From the NCBI GenBank assembly GCA_900752435.1, contig CAADVD010000016.1, positions 70,367 through 134,366 of the forward strand: a stretch of DNA of 64,000 nt, written 5' to 3'. This DNA comes from Oscillospiraceae bacterium (GTDB lineage Bacteria > Bacillota > Clostridia > Oscillospirales > Ruminococcaceae). The notes below the pieces were generated by a model that was not told where the DNA came from, did not search any database, and saw only the letters and a program-made list of their open reading frames with translations. Positions 1-8,329 of the stretch are shown in pieces (within the stretch, counting starts at the first letter, position 1; the number at the start of each line of letters is the position of its first letter). The translations under genes and the position numbers were made by a program.

Positions 1-93
1 ATTCATATAATCCAGCATTTTTGTGATTTCATAGGCGTTCAGCGGTTTTTCATTGATTAATCCCAAAAGCATGGTCGCGGTTTTGGATAGCAT
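1..93 (-). CDS. PadR-family transcriptional regulator, N-terminal fragment (gene continues beyond window start)
   Basis: Minus-strand ATG at 93-91, preceded by a GGAGG Shine-Dalgarno at 106-110. Translation MLSKTATMLLGLINEKPLNAYEITKMLDYMN matches the PadR winged-helix N-terminus. Not in the ORF track because it is truncated by the window edge. Confidence 0.5.
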   Translation of the reverse strand, partial: MLSKTATMLLGLINEKPLNAYEITKMLDYMN

Positions 94-394
94 TTGTTTG
101 ATAACCTCCACTTCTCAATTTTAATGCTATATATATGTAGTACTACTATAATATAGCACATATCGTCAGAAAACGCAAGAAAAATTTTTGCAATCGCGGC
201 AGCTATATGGAGCCACCATACGAAAACGCCGCGGTATGAGCAAACACTCTTATCGCGGCGTTCCAATAGGATTCGGCTGACTTGTAAACAATTTCTAAAT
301 ACTTGCGAAAAGTTGCACGTCAACGTGCAACTTTTCGCTTATTTTGAGGGAATAGTGAAAGGGCTTTTTAAGACAATGCCTTTTCCCTTTCAGC

Positions 395-428
395 AAAAAA
401 CAGGCCTGCATATGCAGACCTGTTTTGA
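395..428. terminator. bidirectional rho-independent terminator (downstream of decarboxylase beta subunit)
   Basis: A-run, then near-perfect hairpin ACAGGCCTGCA-TA-TGCAGACCTGT, then T-run. Confidence 0.5.
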
Positions 429-439
429 AAGATTTCGTA

Positions 440-1735
440 TTAACCGAAAATGCTAATCAACACACCAGCGGCTACACCCGAACCGATAACACCGGCTACG
501 TTTGGACCCATTGCGTGCATCAACAGGAAGTTCGTCGGATTTTCCTGTGCGCCCACCTTCTGGGATACACGGGCAGCCATCGGAACAGCCGATACACCAG
601 CAGAACCAATGAGCGGATTGACCTTGCCTTTGGTGAAGATGTACATGAGCTTGCCGAAGAGCACACCGCCAGCCGTACCAACGCAGAATGCACACAAGCC
701 AAGGATGACAATGGCGATGGTTTGCGCGGTCAGGAAGCGTTCCGCAGTCGCGGTTGCACCAACCGTAACGCCGAGGAAAATGGTGACGATGTTCATCAAT
801 TCGTTCTGTGCGGTCTTAACCAAACGGTCAACCACGCCGCTTTCTTTGAACAAGTTACCGAGCATCAGCATACCAACGAGCGGTGTTGCGGATGGAACGA
901 GCAGGCAGACAATCAAAGTAACCATAATCGGGAAGATAATCTTCTCGGTTTTGGAAACCGGACGAAGCTGTTCCATGACAACGGCACGTTCTTTCTTGGT
1001 GGTCAGCGCTTTCATGATCGGCGGCTGAATTACCGGTACCAAAGCCATGTAAGAGTATGCGGCAACCGCAATCGGACCGAGCAGTTCCGGCGCAAGCTTA
1101 CCGGTTGTGTAAATGGCAGTCGGGCCATCCGCACCACCGATGATAGCGATGGAAGCAGCTTGCTCCATGGAGAAGCTCAGGCCAGGAATGTTCAGTGCGG
1201 AAATCGCCATCGCACCAATAAAGGTGATGAAGATACCAAGCTGAGCAGCAGCGCCGAGCAGGAAAGATTTCGGGTTCGCAATCAGCGGACCAAAGTCGGT
1301 CATACAGCCAATGCCGAGGAAAATGAGCGGCGGATAGATGCCGAGTTTCACGCCCTGATAGAGATAGTAGAGCAAACCGCCGTTGGCGTAATTGGCGTTC
1401 TGCGTATTGACAAAGAATTCAACGGTACTTCCATTGTCCGTCAATAGCTGAATCGTTTGGAAATGCGTGGCGGAGTCGTAATTGCTCATATTGGCAATTG
1501 GCTCCAAGACCATCGTTGGATAGTCCATGACGCCGCCATTCGGGATGTTCACCAACAACATACCAAAGGCGATCGGCAACAGCAGGAGTGGTTCATATTG
1601 TTTGACCACAGCCAGATAAATCAGTACACAAGAGATTGCGATCATGATGATGTTGCGCCAGTCGCCGCTGAAAAACGCCACGAAACCGGACTCATTCCAC
1701 AAATCGCTGACACTCTTTAAAAACAAATCGAGCAT
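440..1735 (-). CDS. Na+-translocating decarboxylase beta subunit (oxaloacetate/methylmalonyl-CoA/glutaconyl-CoA decarboxylase family)
   Basis: 431-aa polytopic membrane protein with the typical OadB/GcdB/MmdB sequence throughout. Confidence 0.9.
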   Translation of the reverse strand: MLDLFLKSVSDLWNESGFVAFFSGDWRNIIMIAISCVLIYLAVVKQYEPLLLLPIAFGMLLVNIPNGGVMDYPTMVLEPIANMSNYDSATHFQTIQLLTDNGSTVEFFVNTQNANYANGGLLYYLYQGVKLGIYPPLIFLGIGCMTDFGPLIANPKSFLLGAAAQLGIFITFIGAMAISALNIPGLSFSMEQAASIAIIGGADGPTAIYTTGKLAPELLGPIAVAAYSYMALVPVIQPPIMKALTTKKERAVVMEQLRPVSKTEKIIFPIMVTLIVCLLVPSATPLVGMLMLGNLFKESGVVDRLVKTAQNELMNIVTIFLGVTVGATATAERFLTAQTIAIVILGLCAFCVGTAGGVLFGKLMYIFTKGKVNPLIGSAGVSAVPMAARVSQKVGAQENPTNFLLMHAMGPNVAGVIGSGVAAGVLISIFG

Positions 1736-1790
1736 TGCGTTTGATTCCTTCCTTTTCTTTTTATTTTTTCAAGCACAAGCTTTGCCTGCA

Positions 1791-2165
1791 TTAAAATGGG
1801 CGGGTATTTTCTACCAATCCAGCGTAATTCCAAGCATTGCGCGCTTCACGAACACGTTTGATGCTTTTGATGGCAAACGGCTTGTTTCCCTCGCCTTCGG
1901 ACGACAGCACCACGCTGATCGCCGCAGTGATGGCCGCTACTACATCATCCGTCAAACCGTCGCTGTCTTCTGTAACCACCGGTGCCGGTGCTGCGGGAGC
2001 AGCCGGTTTTACCGGCAGTTCTTTACTGGTTTTGTTTTTTTTTGAATTGTCGATGCTTTCAAAGATTTTTCCCATAATGGATACAATGACAATCAAAATG
2101 ACCAGTACCAAGAATACGACCGCGATGCCCGTAACCATAACGGAAAGAATAAATCCCCAATCCAT
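1791..2165 (-). CDS. Na+-pump decarboxylase gamma subunit (OadG-like)
   Basis: N-terminal transmembrane helix followed by a Pro/Ala-rich linker, typical of OadG, immediately upstream of the beta subunit. Confidence 0.6.
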   Translation of the reverse strand: MDWGFILSVMVTGIAVVFLVLVILIVIVSIMGKIFESIDNSKKNKTSKELPVKPAAPAAPAPVVTEDSDGLTDDVVAAITAAISVVLSSEGEGNKPFAIKSIKRVREARNAWNYAGLVENTRPF

Positions 2166-2263
2166 ACCTTTGATCTTCCTTTCATATACATTTAGAACAA
2201 TTGAAGCACAGGGTTCGACAGACTACTTCTGTTTACACTGTGTTCAAAAAATTGACCTAGTTT

Positions 2264-2292
2264 ATTATAGCCGAAAAGCGCGGGCATTTCAA
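2264..2292 (-). promoter_or_regulatory. sigma70-type promoter for the gamma/beta decarboxylase genes
   Basis: Minus strand reads TTGAAA, 17 nt, TATAAT. Confidence 0.5.
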
Positions 2293-2389
2293 TACTTTTC
2301 GCGAATTTTCTTCGCGCAAAATGAAAAAATGTTATTTTTTTAACAATGTAAGCGAACAAATTCTGCCTGTATGCTTGGCTTACAATTAC

Positions 2390-2420
2390 AACGAAAAAGG
2401 ACGCGCGGCGCGCGTCCCCG
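2390..2420 (-). terminator. rho-independent terminator
   Basis: GC-rich hairpin GGACGCGC-N3-GCGCGTCC followed by TTTTTCG on the minus strand, downstream of the two mini-ORFs. Confidence 0.45.
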
Positions 2421-2423
2421 GCG

Positions 2424-2513
2424 TTAGTTTTCGATCACTTCCTTTTTAATTTTAAATATGGCCCGCAAAATACCAGCCAACACCTTCGGACTTTTCCAAA
2501 CAACGATTTTCAT
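2424..2513 (-). CDS. candidate 29-aa cationic peptide (MKIVVWKSPKVLAGILRAIFKIKKEVIEN)
   Basis: ATG with a strong SD (GAGGAGG, 7-nt spacer). Below the ORF-track length cutoff. Confidence 0.3.
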   Translation of the reverse strand: MKIVVWKSPKVLAGILRAIFKIKKEVIEN

Positions 2514-2543
2514 GCAAATTCCTCCTCTGCACACGCTTGCCTG

Positions 2544-2687
2544 TTACGGCAGCAAAATGATGCCTATGACAATCACCAGCACTGACGCCGCCAACAGCAA
2601 CCCGGGAAAGGCGTGAAAGAAAAGTCCCAGCAAACCGGCACCAATCAGCAGTCCTCCGGAGGGCTTGCTGCAAGGGCGTTTCTTCAT
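2544..2687 (-). CDS. candidate 47-aa small membrane protein (MKKRPCSKPSGGLLIGAGLLGLFFHAFPGLLLAASVLVIVIGIILLP)
   Basis: ATG preceded by GGAGG, with one predicted transmembrane helix. Not in the ORF track because of the size cutoff. Confidence 0.35.
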   Translation of the reverse strand: MKKRPCSKPSGGLLIGAGLLGLFFHAFPGLLLAASVLVIVIGIILLP

Positions 2688-2805
2688 GTTGACCGCCTCC
2701 CTTTTGCGTTTACTGGTCTATCCTATGCGATTCTGGGAAAAAGGGTGCGAAAAATTTTTAAAATGCACGGAGGAATGGCTGTATCCGAAAAAAGACGCGC
2801 TTTTT

Positions 2806-3435
2806 TTATCGATCCTTGGTGCGCAGAATGAGAAGCATGCCACGGCGCACGGTAATGCTGGCGGTTGGCGCGGCCAGCTCATTGCTGACGGTCAGGCCGC
2901 CGGTGGTGTTGTACAGGGTTTTCTCCGTCAGCGGATACCGAAATCCGGTTAGGGTAACGCCCTCGCTTTGGGAGGAATGCGAAAAAATGGACACATAGGG
3001 ATACTCGTTGGGGGTAAGCGTTCGCGTGCCGTTTTGCAGCATGGTCACTTCATTTTGTGCATCCAGCAGAGTGGCTTGTATACCGCGTTCGGTCAGCGAA
3101 GCCAACAACTGCAAATTGGCAACGGTGTGATCCAAACGGCCGCCAAGCGCACCGTACAGCACAAAGGTACGATAGCGTAGCGAAATCCCCTGTGCCACGG
3201 CCAGTTCCATGTCCGTATCGTCCTTTTCCGGTTTGACGCGGATGGTGTTGGGAAGCAGAACCTCCGCCGATTCCGAATCGAAATCGCCGACCACCCAATC
3301 GGGCTGTAAACCGCAGGCTAGGGCGTGATGGTAGCCGCCGTCCGCGCAAATGACCGCATCGCTGTCGTCCAATTCCAGATGAATAAAGCGGTAATCATCA
3401 ATGGGCGCAGCGCCAAAAATATAGCAAGTGTTCAT
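2806..3435 (-). CDS. thiN: thiamine pyrophosphokinase
   Basis: 209 aa with TPK catalytic and thiamine-binding regions, in the same position as B. subtilis yloS/thiN after rsgA. Confidence 0.85.
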   Translation of the reverse strand: MNTCYIFGAAPIDDYRFIHLELDDSDAVICADGGYHHALACGLQPDWVVGDFDSESAEVLLPNTIRVKPEKDDTDMELAVAQGISLRYRTFVLYGALGGRLDHTVANLQLLASLTERGIQATLLDAQNEVTMLQNGTRTLTPNEYPYVSIFSHSSQSEGVTLTGFRYPLTEKTLYNTTGGLTVSNELAAPTASITVRRGMLLILRTKDR

Positions 3436-3454
3436 GTTTTACTTCTTCTCCTTT

Positions 3455-3533
3455 GCAAAACAAAACCACCGCAGAAACGGAAATCGGCTTACCGTATGAG
3501 TTCTGCGGCGGCAAAGCCGATGCAATCGGCTTT
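3455..3533 (-). terminator. tandem hairpins with T-tract between rsgA and the TPK gene
   Basis: Perfect 9-bp hairpin AAAGCCGAT-TGC-ATCGGCTTT, then CCGCAGAA...TTCTGCGG, followed on the minus strand by TGGTTTTGTTTTG. Confidence 0.4.
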
Positions 3534-3535
3534 TG

Positions 3536-4432
3536 TTATTTGAGTTCCCACTCTTTGATCTGCTTGGCTTCGTTGTACAGCTCCACGTAGCTGGCGTGTC
3601 GGGAAGCTTCAATTTTCCCTTCTGCCAAAGCCTCCAGCACGGCACAGCCCTTTTCTACCGTATGGGAACAGCCGGTAAACCGGCAATGTCCCAGATACGG
3701 TTCAAATTCGCGGAAACAATACTGCAAATCGTCCTTTAAAATCACATCGTAACGCATCAAGTCCATGGAACTAAACCCCGGCGTATCGGCCACATAGCCA
3801 TTTACATCCTCTAGTTTGTACAGTTCTACATGACGAGTGGTATGTTTGCCGCGTCCCAGCTTTTGACTAATCTGCGCTGTTTTGAGCTGAAACTCCGGAT
3901 ACAGTGCGTTGAGAAAGCTGGATTTGCCCACGCCGGTATTGCCGGTAAACGCACATACGCTGTTTCGCAACAGCTCCTTGGCTTCCGCCACAAAATCATC
4001 GGCTTGATTGCTGACTGCCAGCACACGAAAACCGGCGTGGCGGTACACGCGTTCCAACGGTTCGGTATCCATCAAATCACTTTTGGTGATGATCACGACT
4101 GGCTCAATGCCCTTGTGCTCGCTCATCGCCAAAAATTTGTCCATCACAAACAAATTCGGCTGAGGCTCACAGATGGAGGCAACCACAAAAATTTTATCCA
4201 GATTGGCCATCGGCGGACGGAGCACTTCGTTTTTGCGCGCAAAAATCTCGGTGACCGTACCCTTTTCCTGTGCATCCAGTTCGATGGCTACGTGATCGCC
4301 GACCACGGGCGAAGTTTCCTTTTTGCGGAATACTCCGCGTGCACGGCATTCATAGACACCGTCGGAGGTCTCTACATAGTAGAAACCTCCGAGCGCTTTT
4401 ACAATGAGTCCTGTTTGCTTCTTTTTCTCCAT
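3536..4432 (-). CDS. rsgA: ribosome small-subunit-dependent GTPase A
   Basis: Circularly permuted GTPase motifs (TKSDL...GNTGVGKSS) and a C-terminal zinc-finger Cys cluster. Confidence 0.9.
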   Translation of the reverse strand: MEKKKQTGLIVKALGGFYYVETSDGVYECRARGVFRKKETSPVVGDHVAIELDAQEKGTVTEIFARKNEVLRPPMANLDKIFVVASICEPQPNLFVMDKFLAMSEHKGIEPVVIITKSDLMDTEPLERVYRHAGFRVLAVSNQADDFVAEAKELLRNSVCAFTGNTGVGKSSFLNALYPEFQLKTAQISQKLGRGKHTTRHVELYKLEDVNGYVADTPGFSSMDLMRYDVILKDDLQYCFREFEPYLGHCRFTGCSHTVEKGCAVLEALAEGKIEASRHASYVELYNEAKQIKEWELK

Positions 4433-4434
4433 CG

Positions 4435-6495
4435 CTAGTTCCGATTCTCAAGCGGCCAGTCAATGGTAGGAGCACTGGATGGTGTTTCGCTTGGCGTAGA
4501 AGATGGTGTAGGTGTTGGGGTTGGAGTTGGCGCAGGTGCAGAGGAAGACGGCGCTGGCGCACTGCTGGATGCCGGTGCCTGAATCATGGACTGATCGCTG
4601 GAGGTCATGTCCGCACGGCCATTGTCAAAGTCCACGGTAACAACCGCAAACTGCTGTCCGTCCGCCTTGATGACCACCTGCTGTTTGCCGGAGCCTTCCA
4701 CCGTCCAAGTAAACGCACCTGCTGTCGCCGGATTGATGGTGGTGGTGCCCACATTGACGCCATCCAGATAGATGCTGAAGGTCACGTTCTTATTCACCGG
4801 ATTGCCCGTAAACGGAATGGAAATCGGTACTTTTTCTTTCGGAGCCTTGCCATTGCTGACTTCAAACGGAATGGTCGCACCTTTCTTCGCCGTACCGGTT
4901 ACACTTTGTTTCAATACAGTTCCCTTTGTCTTTTTGCTGTCCACATAGCTCGGCTGACCCTTCAAACCGGCGTCCTTGAGCAATTTCAGCGCTTCTTCTT
5001 CCGTATGGCCGACCAAATTCGGTACATTCACCGTCGGTGTTTTGCCGGAACTGAGGTAAACGTTGATGGTTTGGCCGGTCTTGGTAACCGTACCTTCGGC
5101 CGGATCGGTGCGAATGACCAGATCCTTTTCAATGTCGTCGTTGTATTCACTCTGGAAGCTAACCTTGAATCCAGCTTCTTCCAGCAATGCTTTCGCAACC
5201 TCTTTGGTTTGACCGGATACGCTTGGAATCGCGGTCGATTCCAGACCGGAGCTGACGACAACGGTCACTTTAGCTCCTTCTTTTACGCGCGTACCCTCTT
5301 TCGGCGATTGTGAAATAATTTGTCCTTTGTCGTACGTATCGCTCTTTTTCTCTTCTCCCACAACAATCTTAATGTTGTCGTATTTCGGATCGTCTTTGAT
5401 GTCGTCGTATACCAATCCAACAAGATTAACCATATCAAATTCATCTTTGGACTGCTTCAATCCCACCATAAAGAGCACCACAGCGGCAATCATGACAATC
5501 GCGCAGGCCAATGCAACCGCCATCAGTACCTGCATGCTGGCCGAGGATTTTTTCTTTTTCTTCGGCTCGCCTTCCTCCTCCGTTTGCTCATCGGAAACGG
5601 CGTCAAAATACTTGGTACTGCCGTCCTCGGTGAAGTATTTGTATTCAAAAACAGTATTGGGATTGCGCTTGAATTCGTCGATGTCGCGCAGCATTTCCGA
5701 TGCGGTCTGATAGCGCAGATCGGGATCTTTTTTCATGGCGCGCACCACGATTTCTTCCAGCCCAATCGGAATATCCGGATTGATGGAACGCGGTTTCGGC
5801 GCTTCCTCCTGCATTTGCTTCACGGCAATGGAAACCGGAGTGTCACCGTCAAACGGCAGACGGCCAGTGAGCATTTCAAACATCAGCACGCCGACGGAAT
5901 AAATGTCGGTTTTTTCATCGGTGACATCGCCTCTGGCCTGTTCCGGGCTGATGTAGTGCACCGAGCCAATGGCTTTCTCGGAGATGGTGCGGCCGTTGTC
6001 ACGGGCAAAGCGCGCAATGCCGAAATCCATCACTTTGACGGTGCCGTCCTGCAAGAGCATCACGTTTTGGGGCTTGACGTCACGGTGCACAATGCCGTTG
6101 TCATGGGCGTGCTGGAGTGCGCGCAGAATCTGCACGGTGAAGTGCACGGCTTCTTTCCATGTGACAACCTTCTGCTGTTCGATGTATTCTTTTAAGGTGA
6201 TGCCGTCCACATATTCCATGACAATGAACTGCACGCGGTCGCCGAAGCTCACGTCAAAAATCTTGACGATGTTTGGGTGCGACAACACGGCAATCGCCTT
6301 GGATTCGTTCCGGAAACGCCGTTTGAAATCCTCGTTGGTCAGGTATTCTTCTTTTAAAATTTTGACGGCGACCTCTTTGTTTTCCGCCAAATCGTACGCC
6401 TTGTAAACATCGGCCATGCCGCCAATGCCAATCAGTTCGCGGATTTCATAGCGGTCGTCGAGACGCTTTCCCAAATACTTATTCAAATTTCCCAC
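4435..6495 (-). CDS. prkC: Ser/Thr protein kinase with PASTA repeats (PrkC/Stk1 family)
   Basis: Hanks kinase motifs (HRDVKPQN, DFGIA), a transmembrane helix, PASTA repeats, an extra C-terminal beta-rich domain and a Pro/Thr/Ser-rich tail. Confidence 0.9.
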   Translation of the reverse strand: MGNLNKYLGKRLDDRYEIRELIGIGGMADVYKAYDLAENKEVAVKILKEEYLTNEDFKRRFRNESKAIAVLSHPNIVKIFDVSFGDRVQFIVMEYVDGITLKEYIEQQKVVTWKEAVHFTVQILRALQHAHDNGIVHRDVKPQNVMLLQDGTVKVMDFGIARFARDNGRTISEKAIGSVHYISPEQARGDVTDEKTDIYSVGVLMFEMLTGRLPFDGDTPVSIAVKQMQEEAPKPRSINPDIPIGLEEIVVRAMKKDPDLRYQTASEMLRDIDEFKRNPNTVFEYKYFTEDGSTKYFDAVSDEQTEEEGEPKKKKKSSASMQVLMAVALACAIVMIAAVVLFMVGLKQSKDEFDMVNLVGLVYDDIKDDPKYDNIKIVVGEEKKSDTYDKGQIISQSPKEGTRVKEGAKVTVVVSSGLESTAIPSVSGQTKEVAKALLEEAGFKVSFQSEYNDDIEKDLVIRTDPAEGTVTKTGQTINVYLSSGKTPTVNVPNLVGHTEEEALKLLKDAGLKGQPSYVDSKKTKGTVLKQSVTGTAKKGATIPFEVSNGKAPKEKVPISIPFTGNPVNKNVTFSIYLDGVNVGTTTINPATAGAFTWTVEGSGKQQVVIKADGQQFAVVTVDFDNGRADMTSSDQSMIQAPASSSAPAPSSSAPAPTPTPTPTPSSTPSETPSSAPTIDWPLENRN

Positions 6496-6498
6496 TCC

Positions 6499-7230
6499 TT
6501 AACTCCTTGTCATATACACAACTGTAATGTTGTCCATCCCGCCGGCATGATTGGCAAGCCGAATCAGGGTGTCACAGACTTCTTCCGGTTTTCGTTCCAG
6601 CATCACGTTTTTGATGAGTTCGTCACTGACGGTGTTGGTCAGACCGTCGGAGCAGAGCAGAAGGCTGGAGTCTTCCACCGTGCTTACCTCGATGTAATCA
6701 ATGTCCACAAAGCGGCTCACGCCGATGGCGCGCGTAATCATATTTTTCTGCGGATGTCTGGCCGCTTCCTCCGGGGTGATTTTCCCCTGATCGAGCAGGG
6801 TTTGCACAATGGAGTGATCATGCGTAATCTGATACAGCTCCTCATCGCGCAGCAAATACAGACGGCTGTCCCCCACATGGGCAATGTAAGCCTTGTCCCC
6901 CACGACCAAAGCCAAAACGCCGGTGGTGCCCATTCCTTTGTAAAGCGGATTGCCCTTTGCCTTTTCGTAAACGGCCACATTGCCGTCGCTCACCGCTTCA
7001 ATGATGATGTCTTTGTAGTCGTCGTCCGACAATCCGCTTTTGTAGTTTCGCTTTAACTCCTCGCAAATGACTTGGCTGGCCACGGCGCTGGCAATTTGAC
7101 CGCCGTTTTCGCCGCCCATGCCGTCGCAGACAATGCCAAAGCAGGCGTTGTCATCCAGCGTTTCAATTTGATAGACATCCTGATTGGAGGAGCGGATTTG
7201 CCCGATGTCGGTTTGACCATATAATAACAC
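6499..7230 (-). CDS. prpC: PP2C-family Ser/Thr phosphatase
   Basis: PP2C metal-binding motifs (DGMGG, GDSR), immediately upstream of the kinase gene. Confidence 0.9.
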   Translation of the reverse strand: MLLYGQTDIGQIRSSNQDVYQIETLDDNACFGIVCDGMGGENGGQIASAVASQVICEELKRNYKSGLSDDDYKDIIIEAVSDGNVAVYEKAKGNPLYKGMGTTGVLALVVGDKAYIAHVGDSRLYLLRDEELYQITHDHSIVQTLLDQGKITPEEAARHPQKNMITRAIGVSRFVDIDYIEVSTVEDSSLLLCSDGLTNTVSDELIKNVMLERKPEEVCDTLIRLANHAGGMDNITVVYMTRS

Positions 7231-7251
7231 GTTCTTTTCACCTCTGTTGGT

Positions 7252-8304
7252 TCAATTTTCGTTTGGTTCTTCGGTTTTAATGTGGTTCCGCCGCAGCTGG
7301 CCGCAGGCAGCACTGATGTCCGCGCCGAGTGTACGCCGGATGGTGGCGTTGACGCCGCGCTTGATGAGTTCATTTTGGAAGCGCAGGATATGCGCACGGC
7401 CGGATTGGTGAAACGACGTTTCGGCAACATCGTTGACGGGAATCAGGTTGACGTGGCAAAGCTGGCCTTTTAGTAAGTTTGCAAGCTTTGCGGCATCCTC
7501 TACGCTGTCGTTTTTCTGATGAATCAGCGCGTATTCAAATGAAATGCGCCGATTGGTTGTGTCGGTGTACCGCTTGCAGGCGGCCAATAAGGCTTCGATG
7601 TTGTAACGGTGGTTGACCGGCATGATGCTGTCACGCGTGGCGTCGTCCGACGCGTGCAGGGAAATGGAAAGCGTCACGCCCAGCTTGAGCTTGGCAAGCT
7701 CGTCAATTTTGTCCACCAGCCCGCAAGTCGAAAGGGAAATATTTCTCAAACTAATATTAGCACCGAATGGAGAATTTATCAACTGCAAAAAGGTTACAAC
7801 ATTCTGATAATTGTCGAGCGGTTCGCCGATGCCCATCAAGACGATATTGGAAATGCGCAGATTCAAGTCGCGCTCGGTCTGGTAAACCTGTTCAAGAATC
7901 TCGCTGGCGGTGAGGCTTCGGACAAAGCCCGCTTTGGTGGAGGCACAAAAGGCACAGCCCATTTTACAGCCTACTTGTGAAGAAACGCAGATGCTGTTGC
8001 CGTGCTTGTACTTCATCAGCACGCTTTCCACGCATTCGCCGTCGGGCAGTGCGTAAAGGTACTTCACCGTGCCGTCAAGCTTGGAAACCAGCTTGCACTG
8101 AATGGTCAGCGTGGTGATTTGCGCCATTTCCTCCAACTGTTCGCGAAGCGCCAGCGGAAGGTTTTTCATTTCCGCAAAGGAGGAAACGCGTTTTTGATGC
8201 AGCCAGTCAAAAATTTGCTTGGCGCGGAACTTGGGCTGGGACAGCGAAACCAGCAGTTCTTCCAGCGCAGGCAGTTCGAGTGATTTGATGTCAATTTTCT
8301 GCAA
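7252..8304 (-). CDS. rlmN: 23S rRNA (adenine2503-C2)/tRNA methyltransferase, radical SAM
   Basis: CxxxCxxC (GCKMGCAFCAS) with the overall RlmN sequence. Start assigned to an in-frame TTG after GGGAGGAAG; the ORF-track ATG at 8358 would overlap rsmB by 29 nt. Confidence 0.85.
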   Translation of the reverse strand: MQKIDIKSLELPALEELLVSLSQPKFRAKQIFDWLHQKRVSSFAEMKNLPLALREQLEEMAQITTLTIQCKLVSKLDGTVKYLYALPDGECVESVLMKYKHGNSICVSSQVGCKMGCAFCASTKAGFVRSLTASEILEQVYQTERDLNLRISNIVLMGIGEPLDNYQNVVTFLQLINSPFGANISLRNISLSTCGLVDKIDELAKLKLGVTLSISLHASDDATRDSIMPVNHRYNIEALLAACKRYTDTTNRRISFEYALIHQKNDSVEDAAKLANLLKGQLCHVNLIPVNDVAETSFHQSGRAHILRFQNELIKRGVNATIRRTLGADISAACGQLRRNHIKTEEPNEN

Positions 8305-8329
8305 ATGAGCTTCCTCCCTTCCGGAAAAA

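Noticed and set aside
57-323. 88-aa minus-strand ORF at the window start
   Set aside because: Low-complexity translation spanning the promoter and terminator region. The real gene here is the PadR-like fragment at 1-93, which has a GGAGG SD.
425-1447. 340-aa plus-strand ORF (and a 192-aa one at 450-1028)
   Set aside because: Entirely antisense to the well-conserved decarboxylase beta-subunit gene. Composition is typical of a GC-rich shadow frame, with no SD and no homology signal.
3436-3535. TPP riboswitch upstream of the thiamine pyrophosphokinase gene
   Set aside because: Looked for the CTGAGA / ACCTGATCTGGATAATGCCAGCG-type thi-box; none is present. The spacer holds only terminator-like hairpins.
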